Below are positions 9,872 to 22,102 of a stretch of DNA of 39,601 nucleotides, piece after piece. The translations under genes and the position numbers were made by a program. Under the pieces are notes generated by a model. It was not told the origin of the DNA. It ran no database searches and saw nothing but the letters and a program-made list of their open reading frames with translations. Each line of letters begins with the position of its first letter. Position 1 is the stretch's first letter. This DNA comes from Chiloscyllium plagiosum (Eukaryota), in assembly GCF_004010195.1 (NCBI RefSeq), contig NC_057718.1:101466629-101506229 (forward strand), written 5' to 3'.

Positions 9872-10700
9872 AACAAAAAATGCTGGAGATCGCAGCAGGT
9901 CAGGCAGGATCCATGGAGAGAGAGCAAGCTTACATTTCGAGTCTCAGATGACTCTTCATTAGAACTGATGTGAAATGTGGAGGGGACAGTATTTATGATA
10001 TAGTGGAGGAGTTGGGATTGGAGTGCGAGGCGAATAAAGATGTTGGTAGTTGAAATTAATGGGAATGTGAGAATGGCAGAATAATGGTGTGTCTAACTGC
10101 CAGACTGGAAAGAACAGACAGTCCCAGTGGAGTGGGGGAGAGGGAAGAAAGGACTCGGTGACAGAGAATGGAGCAAGTAAAGCTAAATGAAAGGGAAGGA
10201 ATGGGAATGGGTTCACAATCTGTCGGTGTTGATCTCCGTATTCAGTCCAGAAGGTTGTAGAGTGCCCAGTCTGAAGATGAGATGTTGTTCCTCCAGTTTG
10301 TGCTGTGATTCACTGTGGAGCACTGCAGCATACCCAGGACAGGGCGGGCATGCGAGCAGGACACTGTGTTAAAATGACCGGCTACAGGAAGGTCGAGGTC
10401 GTGCTTGCGCACAGACTGGAAGTGTTCTGCAAAGCAGTCACCCGGTCTGCGTTTGGTTTCTGTAATGTGGAGTAGGCCACATTGGCTGCAGCGAATACAA
10501 TACACAAGATTAGAGGAGGTGCAGGTGAAATGTTGCTTCGCCTGGAGTGACTGTTTAGGCCCTTGGATAGTGAGCTCGGATGAAGAGGCATTTAGAGTCA
10601 AAACATTAGCTTGCTCTCTCTCCGATGCTGCCTGACCCGCTGTGATCTCCAGCATTTGTTGTTTTCAGTACTGATTCCAGCATCGGCAGTGATTTGCTCC
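9872..10700 (-). mobile_element. 5'-truncated Penelope-like element with a GIY-YIG remnant and inverted terminal repeats (P4-related)
   Basis: ORF 10242-10655(-) QGPKQSLQAKQHFTCTSSNLVYCIRCSQCGLLHITETKRRPGDCFAEH..PVAGHFN. Arms 9872-9967 and 10573-10664 are inverted, each with a decayed hammerhead. TSD gaaatggacactcca (9857-9871) / gaaatgggcactcca (10701-10715). Confidence 0.9.
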
Positions 10701-11646
10701 GAAATGGGCACTCCATTTCTGCTTAGTAACTCGCTGATCACCCAAATGGACCTAAGTAATGTGTCTGATGAAAGATCCCAAGATCAAGAATCCTATCTAT
10801 CAGTTTATAGCACTAATAAAGGTCCCAGAGTGTTTGCATGCACCTTCCCTCAATGTGACTATGGAATAAGTTGCAGTCTGAAGACATGTTGACAGATCTT
10901 CAGAAAAGATTTGTTCCCGTGTAAACAGTTTAGCAAAGAGAGATGCTGTCTGTTTGCACGATGGTTTCACCAGTCTATATAACATGTCACTTGTGCATTG
11001 AAAAACATGTCAAAGGTCCATAAGGGACACTTGAACTGAATCTAATTAGGATCAGATGTTTGCACTGGTTCAGACAGCTCCAGAATGAATTTAATTCCGA
11101 GTTAATCCTGTAATTGCAAGGATGCCTTTTCAAATCAGATTCACTTTGATTTATGCAAATTCATAACAATTAGTTGGCTCTGCTTAATTTAGATTGACTG
11201 TTAATTCTAGTAAGCTTTAATCACCAGCCTGCAGCTAAATGATTTATGCTATTGTGCCAGACTCTGAATTACAGCTATTTATTTCATTTGCAACTTGCGA
11301 AGATTTACACAGAGCCCTTCGTTGAGTTTTCTTTTTGGATTCACCTTTAGCTGCTCTGGAGACTCTGCACTGATTCCTGTTTAGTGACTGAAGAAGGAAT
11401 ATACTGTTTTAAAATTGACCAGAATGTATACACTGGCCTCTTCCTTATCCCTTACATGTCCATAGACAATCAGTTACACAATGCAATTTCAATGCAGTGG
11501 AGGGAAATTACAATCCCAATGAAATCTCAATGCTTTGGGAAAACAATGGTGATGTGGGACTGAATGATGGGAGACCAGGTCCTTGCCCATGCAGAATGAG
11601 ATGATGGATTTTCTTTGTTGAGTTTAGCTGTATAGAATGCCATAAA

Positions 11647-11843
11647 GGGGTCATGTAGCTCAGTTGGCTGGATGGCTAGTTTGCAATGCCGAGTTTTATT
11701 CCCATACCGGCTCAGGTTACCATGAAGGCTTTGCCCTTACCTGAGGCATGATGACTCTCAGGTTAAACTCCCCTCCAGTCGCCTCCCTGTAATGAGAGAC
11801 TGCAGCCTTATGATCATTTGGGACAATGGTGACTTCAACTTTA
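11647..11843 (+). mobile_element. tRNA-derived SINE, family unassigned
   Basis: A-box-like tagctcagttgg, decayed B box, body cctgaggcatgatgactctcaggttaaac and a ggtgacttcaacttta end. Confidence 0.55.
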
Positions 11844-12033
11844 TAGGCTGCTGTTTCCCAGTTGCCTTGGCAACATTAAACTAGATCGGCTTATTTCATT
11901 CTGTTAGTAAATCAAGTTTCCTGCACTTGTGAGACGGAGTGATACTCAGTTTTATTTGTGAATAATGTAGCGTGGATGCCAGGTTTCATATATCCAGAAA
12001 GATCCACAGCGTGGGCCTGCATGGGTGAAGTTG

Positions 12034-12565
12034 ATTTTTGATTCGATTTGATTTATTATTGTCACATGTACTGAGATACAGTGAAAAGTATTGTTTTGTG
12101 TGCTGTCCAGTCAAATCATACCTTACATAAGTACATCAGGGTCATAGAACAGAATGCAGAATATAGTATTACAGCTACAGAGATAGATCAACCTAATATA
12201 TATGAGAGGTCTGGTCATAAGTCTGATAACAGTGGGGAAGAAGCTGTTCTTGAATCTGTTGGTACATGTTTTCAAACTTTTGTATCTTCTACCCGATGGA
12301 AGAGGGTGGACGAGAGTGTAACCGGGGTGGGAGGGATCTTGGATTAAGTTGGCTGCTTTTCCAAGGCAGCAAAGAATATAGGCTTCATTACCACATGCCA
12401 ATCCCTCTAGTGGAGGGAAGGCTGGTTTTCGCGATGGACTGGGTCTGGACTGTGTTCAGATCTCTCTGTAATTTCTTGCGGTTTTGGGCAGAGCAGTTAC
12501 TATAGTGAGCTGTGATGGACCCAGAAAAGATGCTTTCTGTGATGAATCTGTGACAATTGGGAAGG
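12034..12565 (-). mobile_element. Rex1/Babar-type LINE 3' fragment
   Basis: ORF 12123-12401(-) CLGKAANLIQDPSHPGYTLVHPLPSGRRYKSLKTCTNRFKNSFFPTVIRLM, 3' end catgtgacaataataaatcaaatc. Homologous to 3167-3650. Confidence 0.82.
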
Positions 12566-13017
12566 CTCTGTGTGGATCAGAAGTTTGATCAGAATAGTTT
12601 GCTTTATTTGTTAGTGAGTAGTAACCGCAGCCAGTTACTGAACCAGTTAAGGTAAGTCTGCACTAGTAGAAGCAGTCCTAGTATTTTCCTTGTTGTGGAC
12701 ACCCCATGAAAGTAAATTGTTTCTGGCTACTTATCAACTCCTTTACTTACCTTAGATACTTTGGCTGCATCACCTCTTATTTGTGTATAATGCAACAGAT
12801 ATCGGCCTCAACTGGGCAGTGTTTATTTTGATGTGACCATTCATCTGGTTTTATTTTGCTGATACAGACTTGCCATTAACCCTTCCTCAGCAACTTCAAA
12901 CTAAAAATTGTCTGTTTAAAACAGATCAAATCCATGCATTCTCAACTTAGTGGTCTGCACCTAGCTTTGAACTTGTGTGGCATTGTAAATGGAAAACAAC
13001 ATGTTTGTTACTGAGCA

Positions 13018-13275
13018 CGTTTAAGGCAAAGATGAGGATGACTGTCTTCTCTTAGAGAGTAGTGAATCTGTGGAATACTGGACTGTTGGAGTTGGCTTGG
13101 AAGTAGGTTCAAGGCTGAGATAGACAGATTTTTGATCAGCAAGGGAATCAATGGTTATGGGGAAAAGGCAGGAAAATGGGGTTGAGAAATATCAGATCAG
13201 CCATGAGTCTATTGGATGGTGGAGCAAACTGGATGGATTGAGTAACCCACTCCTGCTCCTACCTCTTCTAGTCAG
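13018..13275 (+). mobile_element. CR1-type LINE 3' end (family B)
   Basis: ttctcttagagagtagtgaatctgtggaat...gatcagccatgag...cactcctgctcct, homologous to 1234-1403. Confidence 0.75.
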
Positions 13276-13502
13276 TTTGGGTTTTTTGAATGCAGGAAGT
13301 GTTAATGTTCCTTGTCTTGGCTTCGTTCTTGCCCAATGCCCTCTAGTTCTGAAAATGGAATATCTGAGGAAACATGGCATTGTGAGCTCTATCAGGAGTA
13401 CCTGTTCCATCAGAACTGAATGCTAATCACTGTCCACACAAGATGGAACCACTAACTCTGATGAACTGATTGTCAGTAAAGGTCTTTCTGGAGTTTATAG
13501 CA

Positions 13503-13841
13503 CAGTCGGTTCTGATATAACAGTGTTGGCTGCGTTAGTCAGAGGGAAATGGGTCTGCGTGGGTTACTCTTCGGATGGTCAGTATGGACTTGTTGGGCTG
13601 AAGGGCCTGTTTCCACACTGTAGGGAATCTAATCTAATAACGCGATAGCTCTGCTCTTGTGAGATCTCACGTTATAGGAAAATCACGCAATAGCCACGCC
13701 ATTTAAACCAATGGGGCCGGAATTGCATTATAGCCAATACAGGTAAGGAAAGTTCACGTTCTACAAGTAATTGTCTAAATTCTTCAATTACATTAAAGCC
13801 AATTCGTGTTGAAGAAACACATGCTATAGCAGAACTGACTA
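13503..13841. mobile_element. Tc1/mariner (Tigger/pogo-like) MITE
   Basis: TIRs cagtcggttctgatataac / gctatagcagaactgacta, TA on the right and CA (mutated TA?) on the left. No ORF. Confidence 0.6.
13522..13636 (+). mobile_element. HE1 SINE 3' fragment inserted in the MITE
   Basis: ggacttgttgggctgaagggcctgtttccacactgtagggaatctaatcta, with TSD ataac at 13517-13521 / 13637-13641. Confidence 0.8.
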
Positions 13842-13907
13842 TATCTACGATTTCTTGCCCTCAGTGTGGAATGTCCTGTTTATCTCCAAAAGATGTTCAA
13901 CCTTTAC

Positions 13908-14205
13908 TTTATTCATCCACGGCTTGTGGGCATCTTGACAATGTTAATATTTGTTGCCCATCCCTAACTACCCTTACAGAGGTGATTGTGAGCCACCACC
14001 TTGAACCACTGCAGTACCTGAATTGTAGGTACACCCACAGTGCTGTTAGGGAGGGAGCATCAAGAATTTGACTCAGCTGAAGGAATGACAATATATTTCC
14101 AAATTAGGATGGTGAGTGGCATAGAGGGGAACTTGCAGTTGGTGGTGTTCACCCTGTATCTGTTGCCGTTGTCCTTTTAAATGGCAGAGGTTATGGATTT
14201 AGAAG
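13908..14205 (-). mobile_element. LINE 3' end (CR1-group, clade uncertain; family Z)
   Basis: ttgttgcccatccctaactaccctt...ggtacacccacagtgctgttagggagggag...ggggaacttgcagttggtggtgttc, homologous to 19608-20103 and 37735-38150. Confidence 0.65.
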
Positions 14206-14227
14206 GAATTGGAATAAGTAGATCTCT

Positions 14228-14472
14228 AATGGTTAGCCCTGTGGCCTCACAACACCAGAGACCTGGGTTTGATTCCAGCCTTGGGTGACTGTCTGTGTGG
14301 AGTTTGCACCTTCTCCCCGTGTCTGCGTTGGTTTCCTCTGACAGTCCAAAATGTGCAGGTTAGGTGGATTGGCCATGCTAAATATGGAGTAATGAGGGGG
14401 GCTGGGTCTGGACAGGTCGGTGCAGACTTAATGGGCTGAATAATCTTTTCTGCACTGTTGGGATTCCATGAT
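14228..14472 (+). mobile_element. HE1-type V-SINE, older and internally deleted
   Basis: tggttagc..gcctcacaacaccagagacctgggtttgattcc...tgtgtggagtttgcaccttctccccgtgtctgcg. Confidence 0.82.
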
Positions 14473-16545
14473 CTGTTAGGAAAATCATTTGAAAATTCAT
14501 TTCAGGCTGTTTGCCGAGGTTACAGCATGTTCAGATCTTGAAGTTCAGGTTGGCCTGATAGGTGCAGATATATTTTACTGCACGTTTGGACAAAGCAATT
14601 CCTCAGCCATCTATTTTGCTAAAAACCGTTGTAGTTTTAGTCTTCTGAAGTTTCTAATTTTTCTTATTCACCCCTTGTATGCTGACCTCAGCATCCAGAT
14701 CTTTGTTTTGGTAGTTCTTGCAAACTGATCCATTAGGAGGAAAGCCATGCACACATTAAAAAAAGTTGCTGGTTTCATTTGCGAAATTCTTCTGAAACTC
14801 TATGTATGTTTGTGCCTCTTTGATATAAGCAGACAGCCTGCAATTGACAAAATCATGGACTTTCATGGAGTCTGTCTTTGGGTCCTTTATGAGTCAGAGA
14901 ATCGCAGAAGGATGGCTACGCTGCAGAAGGAGGCCCTTCGGCCCATTGTGTTGGAACTGGCTCTTCAAACGAGCTTCATTACCTCATGCTAATCCCTCTG
15001 CTTTCTGCCCTTGCACACTCATAAGGGGCTTCCTCTGGCATTCCATTTGGAATATGACCACGTGGAACAAAGTTTCATGCCTTTAATAGGCATTTCTGCT
15101 TAGTTTTTATTCAGTTGGTATGTTGTGTATGAGCACCAGCAGCATTTTGCAAACGGGTATTTTTTGCTGGAACTATCTGGGGTATCTTGGGGAGATCTGC
15201 TGCCACCAATCCTTCTTACTGGTTTCACTCGGGCTACTCATACTGTGTGGGGAAAGATGGCCACGCCACACCTTAGGGAGAAGATAGTGTCTGTCTTAAT
15301 TAAGCAGTAAAGGTTTATTGCATAATATTTAGTGGCTAGTTATTATTACACTAAAACACATGATTGTCTCTTGTGAGACATCAAGCTCAACCTAAGTATA
15401 ATCACACATTATATTTTAGCTTCATGCTGTCAACACCAAAAAAAATCATTCAGGAACTCTCTGTCCCTCTGATTAAAACATTGAGAACTCATAGGATACA
15501 CCCAACTCTGGTTAGCACATCCTAGGAACAGTCCTTTACAATCTCATGGGCAGAGTTTATCTTGTCTAACCAGTTAACCCTTTCAGATACAATGTAATAC
15601 AATGTTAGTTTTGTAAACCAATAATCATTTCGACCCAAGAGTAGTTCTTAGTATGAAACCAGCATTAAGGTGAAATCTATTACAGTGGCACAACGGTGTG
15701 TTGATCTGTGATATGCCTATGAAGTCTTAAAAATCCTGTCTCTGTAAGGACTTTCTGTCAGCTTTTTCCATCGTTCATGATCAAGTCTATTTTTATAACA
15801 GAAACTGGTCACCGTGGTCAAGAAAGTTTCCAGAAGCAAAACAGAAATATAACAATGGGAGCATCATTTCTGGTTTTGCATTAAGGGTTAAATAACATTA
15901 CCATGAACCAATTGTTTCCTGGCCTTTAACATCTCTTCACCTAAAAAAAAACTACATTTAGCTTTAATTCATTATGTGATCAACTCGAATATGTAAATTC
16001 TTGCAAGTCTATTTGAAAAGCATGCTACAGCAAACAGTCTACAGAGTTTGCTTGCAAATGCCTTTCTTGAATGACAGCAGGCTTGTGACAAAGATGACAA
16101 CAATGTCCTCTGACTTTAACAATCCTCCAATGAATGCACTGAGTGGGCGATCAGATGAGACCTGGTCACTTATTGCAGTGAGGTTTCTAGTTGTCACCGA
16201 CAGGGGAATTAAATAATCATCTCTATCTGGGCTGGAAGTAGTGCTTTCACTAGACGGTGCCCAGAATGATTGATGTATAAAAAGCACTTACCATATCTAA
16301 GACTTTTTTAAAAGGACTGTGATCTTCTAATAAAGTTGTTAATCAAGGCATAAATATCAATTTTGTGGCAACATTTAAATACAATAGTAATGAGAATAAT
16401 TAGGCACTTGTTTTTGGCCAGACTCAAATGGCTGAATGGCCTCTTTCAACACTGCAGACCTCTATGACTCTATGATTTAATTAGGTGGTTATGAACTAGT
16501 AATTCTTTTGCTTCAAGTGTTATTTTCAAAGTTGTATTTTCTTTT

Positions 16546-17102
16546 CATACAGCTCGGAAACAGATCGTTGGGTCCAACCAGTCCGTACCAACCATAATCC
16601 CAAATTAAACTAGTCCCAGTTGCCTCCAAACCTTTCCTATGCATGTACCTATCCAAATGTCTTTTAGCATTTAACTGACCCACGTCCACACACGAACCAC
16701 ACTTGCTGTAAAAAAATTTCCCCTCATGTCTTTTTTAAATCTCTCTCCTCTCACCTTAATTATATGCCCCTTAGTCTTGAAATCCCCCATCCTAGGGAAA
16801 AGGCAACTACCATTAAAACTATCTGTACCCCTAATTATCTTATATACTTCTGTAAGGTCTCCTCTCAACCTCCTACACTCCAGTGACAGAAGTCTCAGCC
16901 TATCCAGCCTTTCTTTATAATTCAAACCTTCCTTACCCAACTACATCCTGGTAGATCTCTTCTGAACCTCCTCCAGCTTAATAATATCCTTCTTATAACT
17001 GGGTGACCAGAACTGGACACAGTATTCCAGAAGCTGCCTCACCAGTGTCCTTTACAACCTCAACATGAAGTCCCAACACCCATGCTCCAAGGACTGAGCA
17101 AT
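16546..17102 (-). mobile_element. CR1-type LINE 3' fragment
   Basis: ORF 16671-16940(-) GLNYKERLDRLRLLSLECRRLRGDLTEVYKII..RGERFKKDMRGNFFT, with a family-A-like 3' UTR. Confidence 0.87.
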
Positions 17103-17519
17103 GATTATGTCCATGTTGGGGGGGAAAATATCTTTTGGGGGCAATTTGACTATTATTTTCTTCCCCAAGTATTTTTTTTCTCATTCTCCACATTAGGATC
17201 ATGATTCCAGTTTTGAAATCAATGGAAGTTAATTGGAAGTGCCACAGAAATCAACCAGGGTTCCATTCAATTGCTGAAATGTGGTAAATCTTAGAGATTT
17301 TAACATTTTTAGCCTTTTCTTTCAGTATAGCCATCATATTTCTCGTAATAGGGCTTTTAAGATTGCGGGCAATTGAACACGTGTTACAGGTTCAATTTAA
17401 CTCGTATTTCATTGGCTGAAGATTCAGCAGGGCAGAACCAATGAGGCATTGCACTCAATTTGGGGCCTAAGATTTAAAATTCCACCGTAACAGGTAAGTT
17501 AAGAGGAGACTAGCCTTTG

Positions 17520-17980
17520 CTTTAACATGTTCCTGTTAATGTGAATGTCACTGCCAAGGCCAGCATTTATTACCCAGCACTTTATTGAGGATGTGATGTC
17601 TTCCGGCACCATTATGGGAGTCTGCTTACAGTGTTTCCCCCAGCAACTGCCTACTAAAACAGATAGGACTTGCTGGAGCAGTGGGCAGCTAAGAAGCAAC
17701 CCAATTGCTGTGGGTCAGCAGTCATGTGTAGGCTAAAATGGGTTAAAGTTGCCAGTTCTCCTCCCCTGGTAGACTTCAATGAAGCAGATGGGTATTTACA
17801 ACAAGGCCATCCTTTCACAATTATTAATAATAAGACTGGCATTTAATTCCAGATTTATTAACCAATTGATTGTAAATTCCATCCCCAGTTGCTATGCTGG
17901 GATTTTAACTCATGTCTCTGAAGTATAAATCCCGTGGTTCTAAATTACTAATCCAGTAAAATTACAACTGAACTACTGTA
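17520..17980 (-). mobile_element. Old tRNA-derived SINE with a family-Z LINE tail
   Basis: Reverse-complement homology to 24810-25488 (ggccagcatttatt tail, ttaattccagatttatt, gggattttaactc B-box region). Confidence 0.6.
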
Positions 17981-18900
17981 CTTTAAAATAGCAAATAATT
18001 GAAGGATGTATGTGCACTGAAAATCCCTTTCAGATTATTTCTTGCCGGAATTGAGCATGCAGATTTGCTGGACAGGAGGGAGATCTTCCTTTGAGCATAT
18101 TTCTTCCTGCTTTTGCCTCTTGGCTTAACAGTCATTTTTTGGTAAACCCCTCTTAACAAATTCAGGTATGGTCAGCATCTACCCGTTTATACAAAGGGGA
18201 GAATTTTCATCAGTCCTATCATTACCAACCCAAACTAAAAAATCCAACGTCATCAATTAAAGGAGAGAAGCAGGATTCGTCATTAATCACACTGATTAAT
18301 TGCATGTGAATCTAACATTCATGCAGAACCAGGAACAATTAAAAGAACTTGAACCTGATGCCATGTATCAAGAATTTGTTACAGTCATTCATGCACAGAA
18401 ATGTTCTGCTAAATAGTGTATCCTGACAGCGAGATTTATAATTGTTGACTTGAAGCGTAGCCCTTTAATGAAAATCTTTTCACAGTGCTCTTAAAATAAA
18501 ATCAGCATCACACCTCTAATTACTGGTAAATGTGAACAGGTGGGTAAATATTATTCCCCATTCTTTAACATTGACCATCTATATTAACACACATGAATTA
18601 TGTTTTGTCCAACAGGCATTTTGTACTAATTGATCAAAGTCCCATTTTCTGCCTTGTGTTGCTGCACCAGATTGCAAAAAGAACTTTTTGAATTAAATGG
18701 ATTCTATGTTTTGACCTCATCTCTTCCCTTTTAGCAATGTTTAAAATCTATCTCTCAGCTGCACAACCTGGAATCTTAGATGAATGCAAGTCATTTGAGC
18801 TCCAATATTGCTGGTAGATTAAATTAAACCTTTCTTGAAAGCAAGTGATGCTTGAGAAAATAAATCAACTCTGTCCTCAACTGAGAAAGTTCTGATCTAG

Positions 18901-19450
18901 TCATAAGAACATCGGAACAGATAGAGGCTGTTCAGCCCTTTGAATGTGCGCTACTATCTGGGCATAGCATGGCTTATTTATCCTAACTGTACCTGGTCAC
19001 TTGGGCTGCTCACCTTTTTAATCCTTTGCTGAATTACAATCTAACAACCTCGGTTTTACAATGATTAGTTGAGCTATCATCTATTGTTATTTCTTGTGGG
19101 AGAGAGTCCCACACCTTTCCAAAGTATTTCCTAACTTCTCTCTTGCAGACCCCTCTTTGACTTTAATATTATGTTCCTTTTCCAAGTTTGTCTGCATGCA
19201 CCCTGTGGAATCCTTCCGCAATTCCAAAGAAAGACTCCAATCAAATGATCCTGAACCTTCTGGATTCCAGGGAACACAAGCTATAGTTTGTATAATCCCT
19301 CCTTATGTTCTAACCCTTGGAGCCTCAGGAAATTCTGGTAAATCTACACTGTCCAAAGCCAGTAGATTCCTGCTGTGCAGAGCACTCCAGATGTGACTTA
19401 ACCAGGGCTTTGTTTAGTTGTTGCAGGAGCTGCTGTATTCTAGATCTCTA
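18901..19450 (-). mobile_element. Highly decayed CR1-type 3' fragment
   Basis: cataagaacatcggaacagatagaggctgttcagccc tail, gtgggagagagtcccacac and cactccagatgtgacttaaccagggctttgt. Confidence 0.55.
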
Positions 19451-19607
19451 GTTATAATGATCGGGTCAGCAGCGTGAATTCAGAACTTCAAGGAGATGTC
19501 TGATCCTATTGTTATGAAAAACCATTTCAAGTGGACTCCCAGAATCAAACCAGCAGAAGAATGGAGGTCAATCTTATGGATACATGCAAATTGCTGATGG
19601 TTTTTGT

Positions 19608-20103
19608 TTTTTCCACTCGTTGGGTTCTGGGAGCCACTGGCCTGGGCTAGCATTTATTGTCCATCCGTAGTCACCCTTGGGAAGGTAGTGGTGAGCTGCC
19701 TTCTTGATCTGCTGTGCCAATGGGATGTAGTTAGACCACCAAAGCTGTTAGGAAGGAACGGCGACATATCTCCAAGTCAGGGCGGTGTGTGGAAGGGAGC
19801 TTGCAGGAGACTGCGTTCCCATGTTTCTGCTGCCCTGTCCTTCTCGATGAAAGTGGTTGTGTGTTTAAAAAGATGCTACCTTAAGATCTTTGGTGAATTT
19901 CTATCTTGTAGATAGTAGCAGCAGTGTGGACTGAACATTGTTAAGTGGAAGAAGTAACATCTCTAGATGTGGTGCCAATCAAGCGAGCTGCTTTGTCCTG
20001 GATGGTGTCAAGTTTTGTGACGATTATAGGAGCTTAAGTGGGGAGTATGCCATCACACTCATGACTTGTGCCTTGTTGATGGCTTTGGGTAGTCAGGAGG
20101 TGA
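19608..20103 (-). mobile_element. LINE 3' fragment (family Z)
   Basis: Minus strand encodes a decayed LLTTQS..NKAQVMSVMAYSPL and LDTIQDKAARLIGT. The 3' end is gacaataaatgctagcccaggccag. Confidence 0.72.
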
Positions 20104-20536
20104 TAATGAAGCTCACCCTTTGGCCTTAATGCCTGATTTCACTGCGTAGTCAACTCTGGACTGGTATTCCACCAGCTTGTAACAGTCTTTGAAAAGCACA
20201 GTGGAAATCGAAGTCTCAGTACCTCCTTCCGCTTGTGGTACTTGTATCTTAACAGAGAGAGCCATCATCATCATTTCTTTTTTCAGTCTCTCCAAGTGAT
20301 GTAATTTATATTCATTAGAGGGAGAGAACTATCCTTTGCTTTCTGCCAAGTGGTATAAGATGTCACAAGGGGTTACAATGCTATGTGGCCCAAGTATGTA
20401 AATATGGTTCAGAGTTCCTCTTCAGGCATGGTCCGATTTCAATGTCTTTTGCTAATTTATAGGAATTATGTGGGAATATTGGGCTTAGGGCTAGGAATCA
20501 GCCATTTGGCCCTTCAAGCCTGCTCGACCATTCAAT

Positions 20537-22102
20537 CAGATAAATTCCCAGGACCTGATCAGATGTACCCTGGAACTCTGTGGGAAGCAAGGGTAGTGAT
20601 TGCTGGACCCCTTGCTGAGATATTTGTATCATCGATAGTCACAGATGAGGTTCCAAAAGACTGGAGGTTGGCTAACGTGGTACCACTGTATAAGAAGAGT
20701 GGTAAGGATAAGCCAGGGAACTATTTACCATCGAGCCTGACATCAGTGGTGGGCAAGTTGTTGGAGGCAATCCTATGGGACAGGACTTACATGTATTTGG
20801 AAAGGCAAGGACTGGTAAGTGATAGTCAATATGGCTTGATGCCTGGGAAATCGTGTCTCACAAATTTGATTGAAATTTTTTTTGAAGAAGTAACAAAGAG
20901 GATTGATGAGGGCAGAGCATTGGACATGATCTATTTGGACCTCAGTAAGACGTTTGGCAAGGTTCCTCATGGGTGACTGGTTAGCAAGGTTAGATCTCAT
21001 GGAATACAGGGAAAATTAGCCATTTGGATACAGAACTGGCTCGATGGTAGAAGACAGAGGGTAGTGGCGGATGGTTGTTTTCCAGACTGGAGGCCTGTGA
21101 CCAGTGGAGTGCCACAAGGATCGATGCTGGCTCCACTACTTTTCATCATTTACATAAATGATTTGAATGTGAACGTAGGAGGTATAGTTAGTAAGTTTGC
21201 AGGTGACACCAAAATTGGAAATGTAGTGGACAGTGAAGAAGGTTACCTCAGAGTACAATGGAATGTTGATCAGATGGGCCAATGGGCTGAGGAGTGGCAG
21301 ATGGAGTTCAATTTAGATAAAAGCGACGTACTGCATTTTGGAAAAACAAATAATCAGCAGGACTTATACACTTAATGGTAAGGTCCTAAGGGGTGTTGCT
21401 GACTAGAGAGAGTTTGGAGTGCAGATTCATAGTTCCTTGAAAATAGAGTCACAGTGAAGGAGGCGTTTGGTATGCTTTCCTTTATTGGTCATGGTATTGA
21501 GTACAGGAGTTGGGAGGTCATGTTGCGGCTGTACAGGACATTGGTTAGGCCATGTTTGGAATATTGTGTGCAATTCTGGTGTCCTTGCTATCAGAAGGAT
21601 GCTGTGAAACTTGAAAGGGTTAAAGAAAATTGACTAGAGTGTTGCCAGGGTTGGAGGATTTGAGCTACAGGGAGAGGCTGAACAGGCTGGGGCTGTTTTA
21701 TCTGGAGTGTCAGAGGCTGAGGGGAGACATTATAGAGGTTTATAAAATCATGAAGGGCATGGATAGGGTAAATAGACAAAGTCTTTTCCCTGGGATTGGG
21801 GAGTCCAGACCTAGAGGGCATAAGTTTAGGGTGAGAGGGGAAAGATATAAAAGGGAGCTAAAGGGCAACGTTTTCACGCAGAGGGTGGTATATGTATGGA
21901 ATGAGCTGCCAGAGGCAGTGGTGGAAGCTGGTGCAATTATAGCATTTAAAAGGCATCTGGATGGGTATATGAATAGGAAGGGTTTGGAGGGATATGCCAA
22001 GTGCTGGCCAATGGGACTAGATTACGTTAGGATATTTGGTCGGTATGAAGGAGTTTGGGCCGAAGAGTCTGTTTCTGTACTGTACATCTCTATGACTCTA
22101 TA
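20537..22102 (+). mobile_element. 5'-truncated CR1/HER1-type LINE (family A), longest copy, decayed
   Basis: [72 protein letters not shown] and RERLNRLGLF. Tail tgtacatctctatgactcta. Contains stops and frameshifts. Confidence 0.95.

Noticed and set aside
10978..11012. Two aacatgtca motifs as a p53-family site
   Set aside because: Imperfect half-sites with non-canonical spacing, expected by chance.
20537..22102. Active or domesticated reverse transcriptase
   Set aside because: 5'-truncated with no endonuclease domain, stops and frameshifts, and the catalytic FADD motif reads FAGD.
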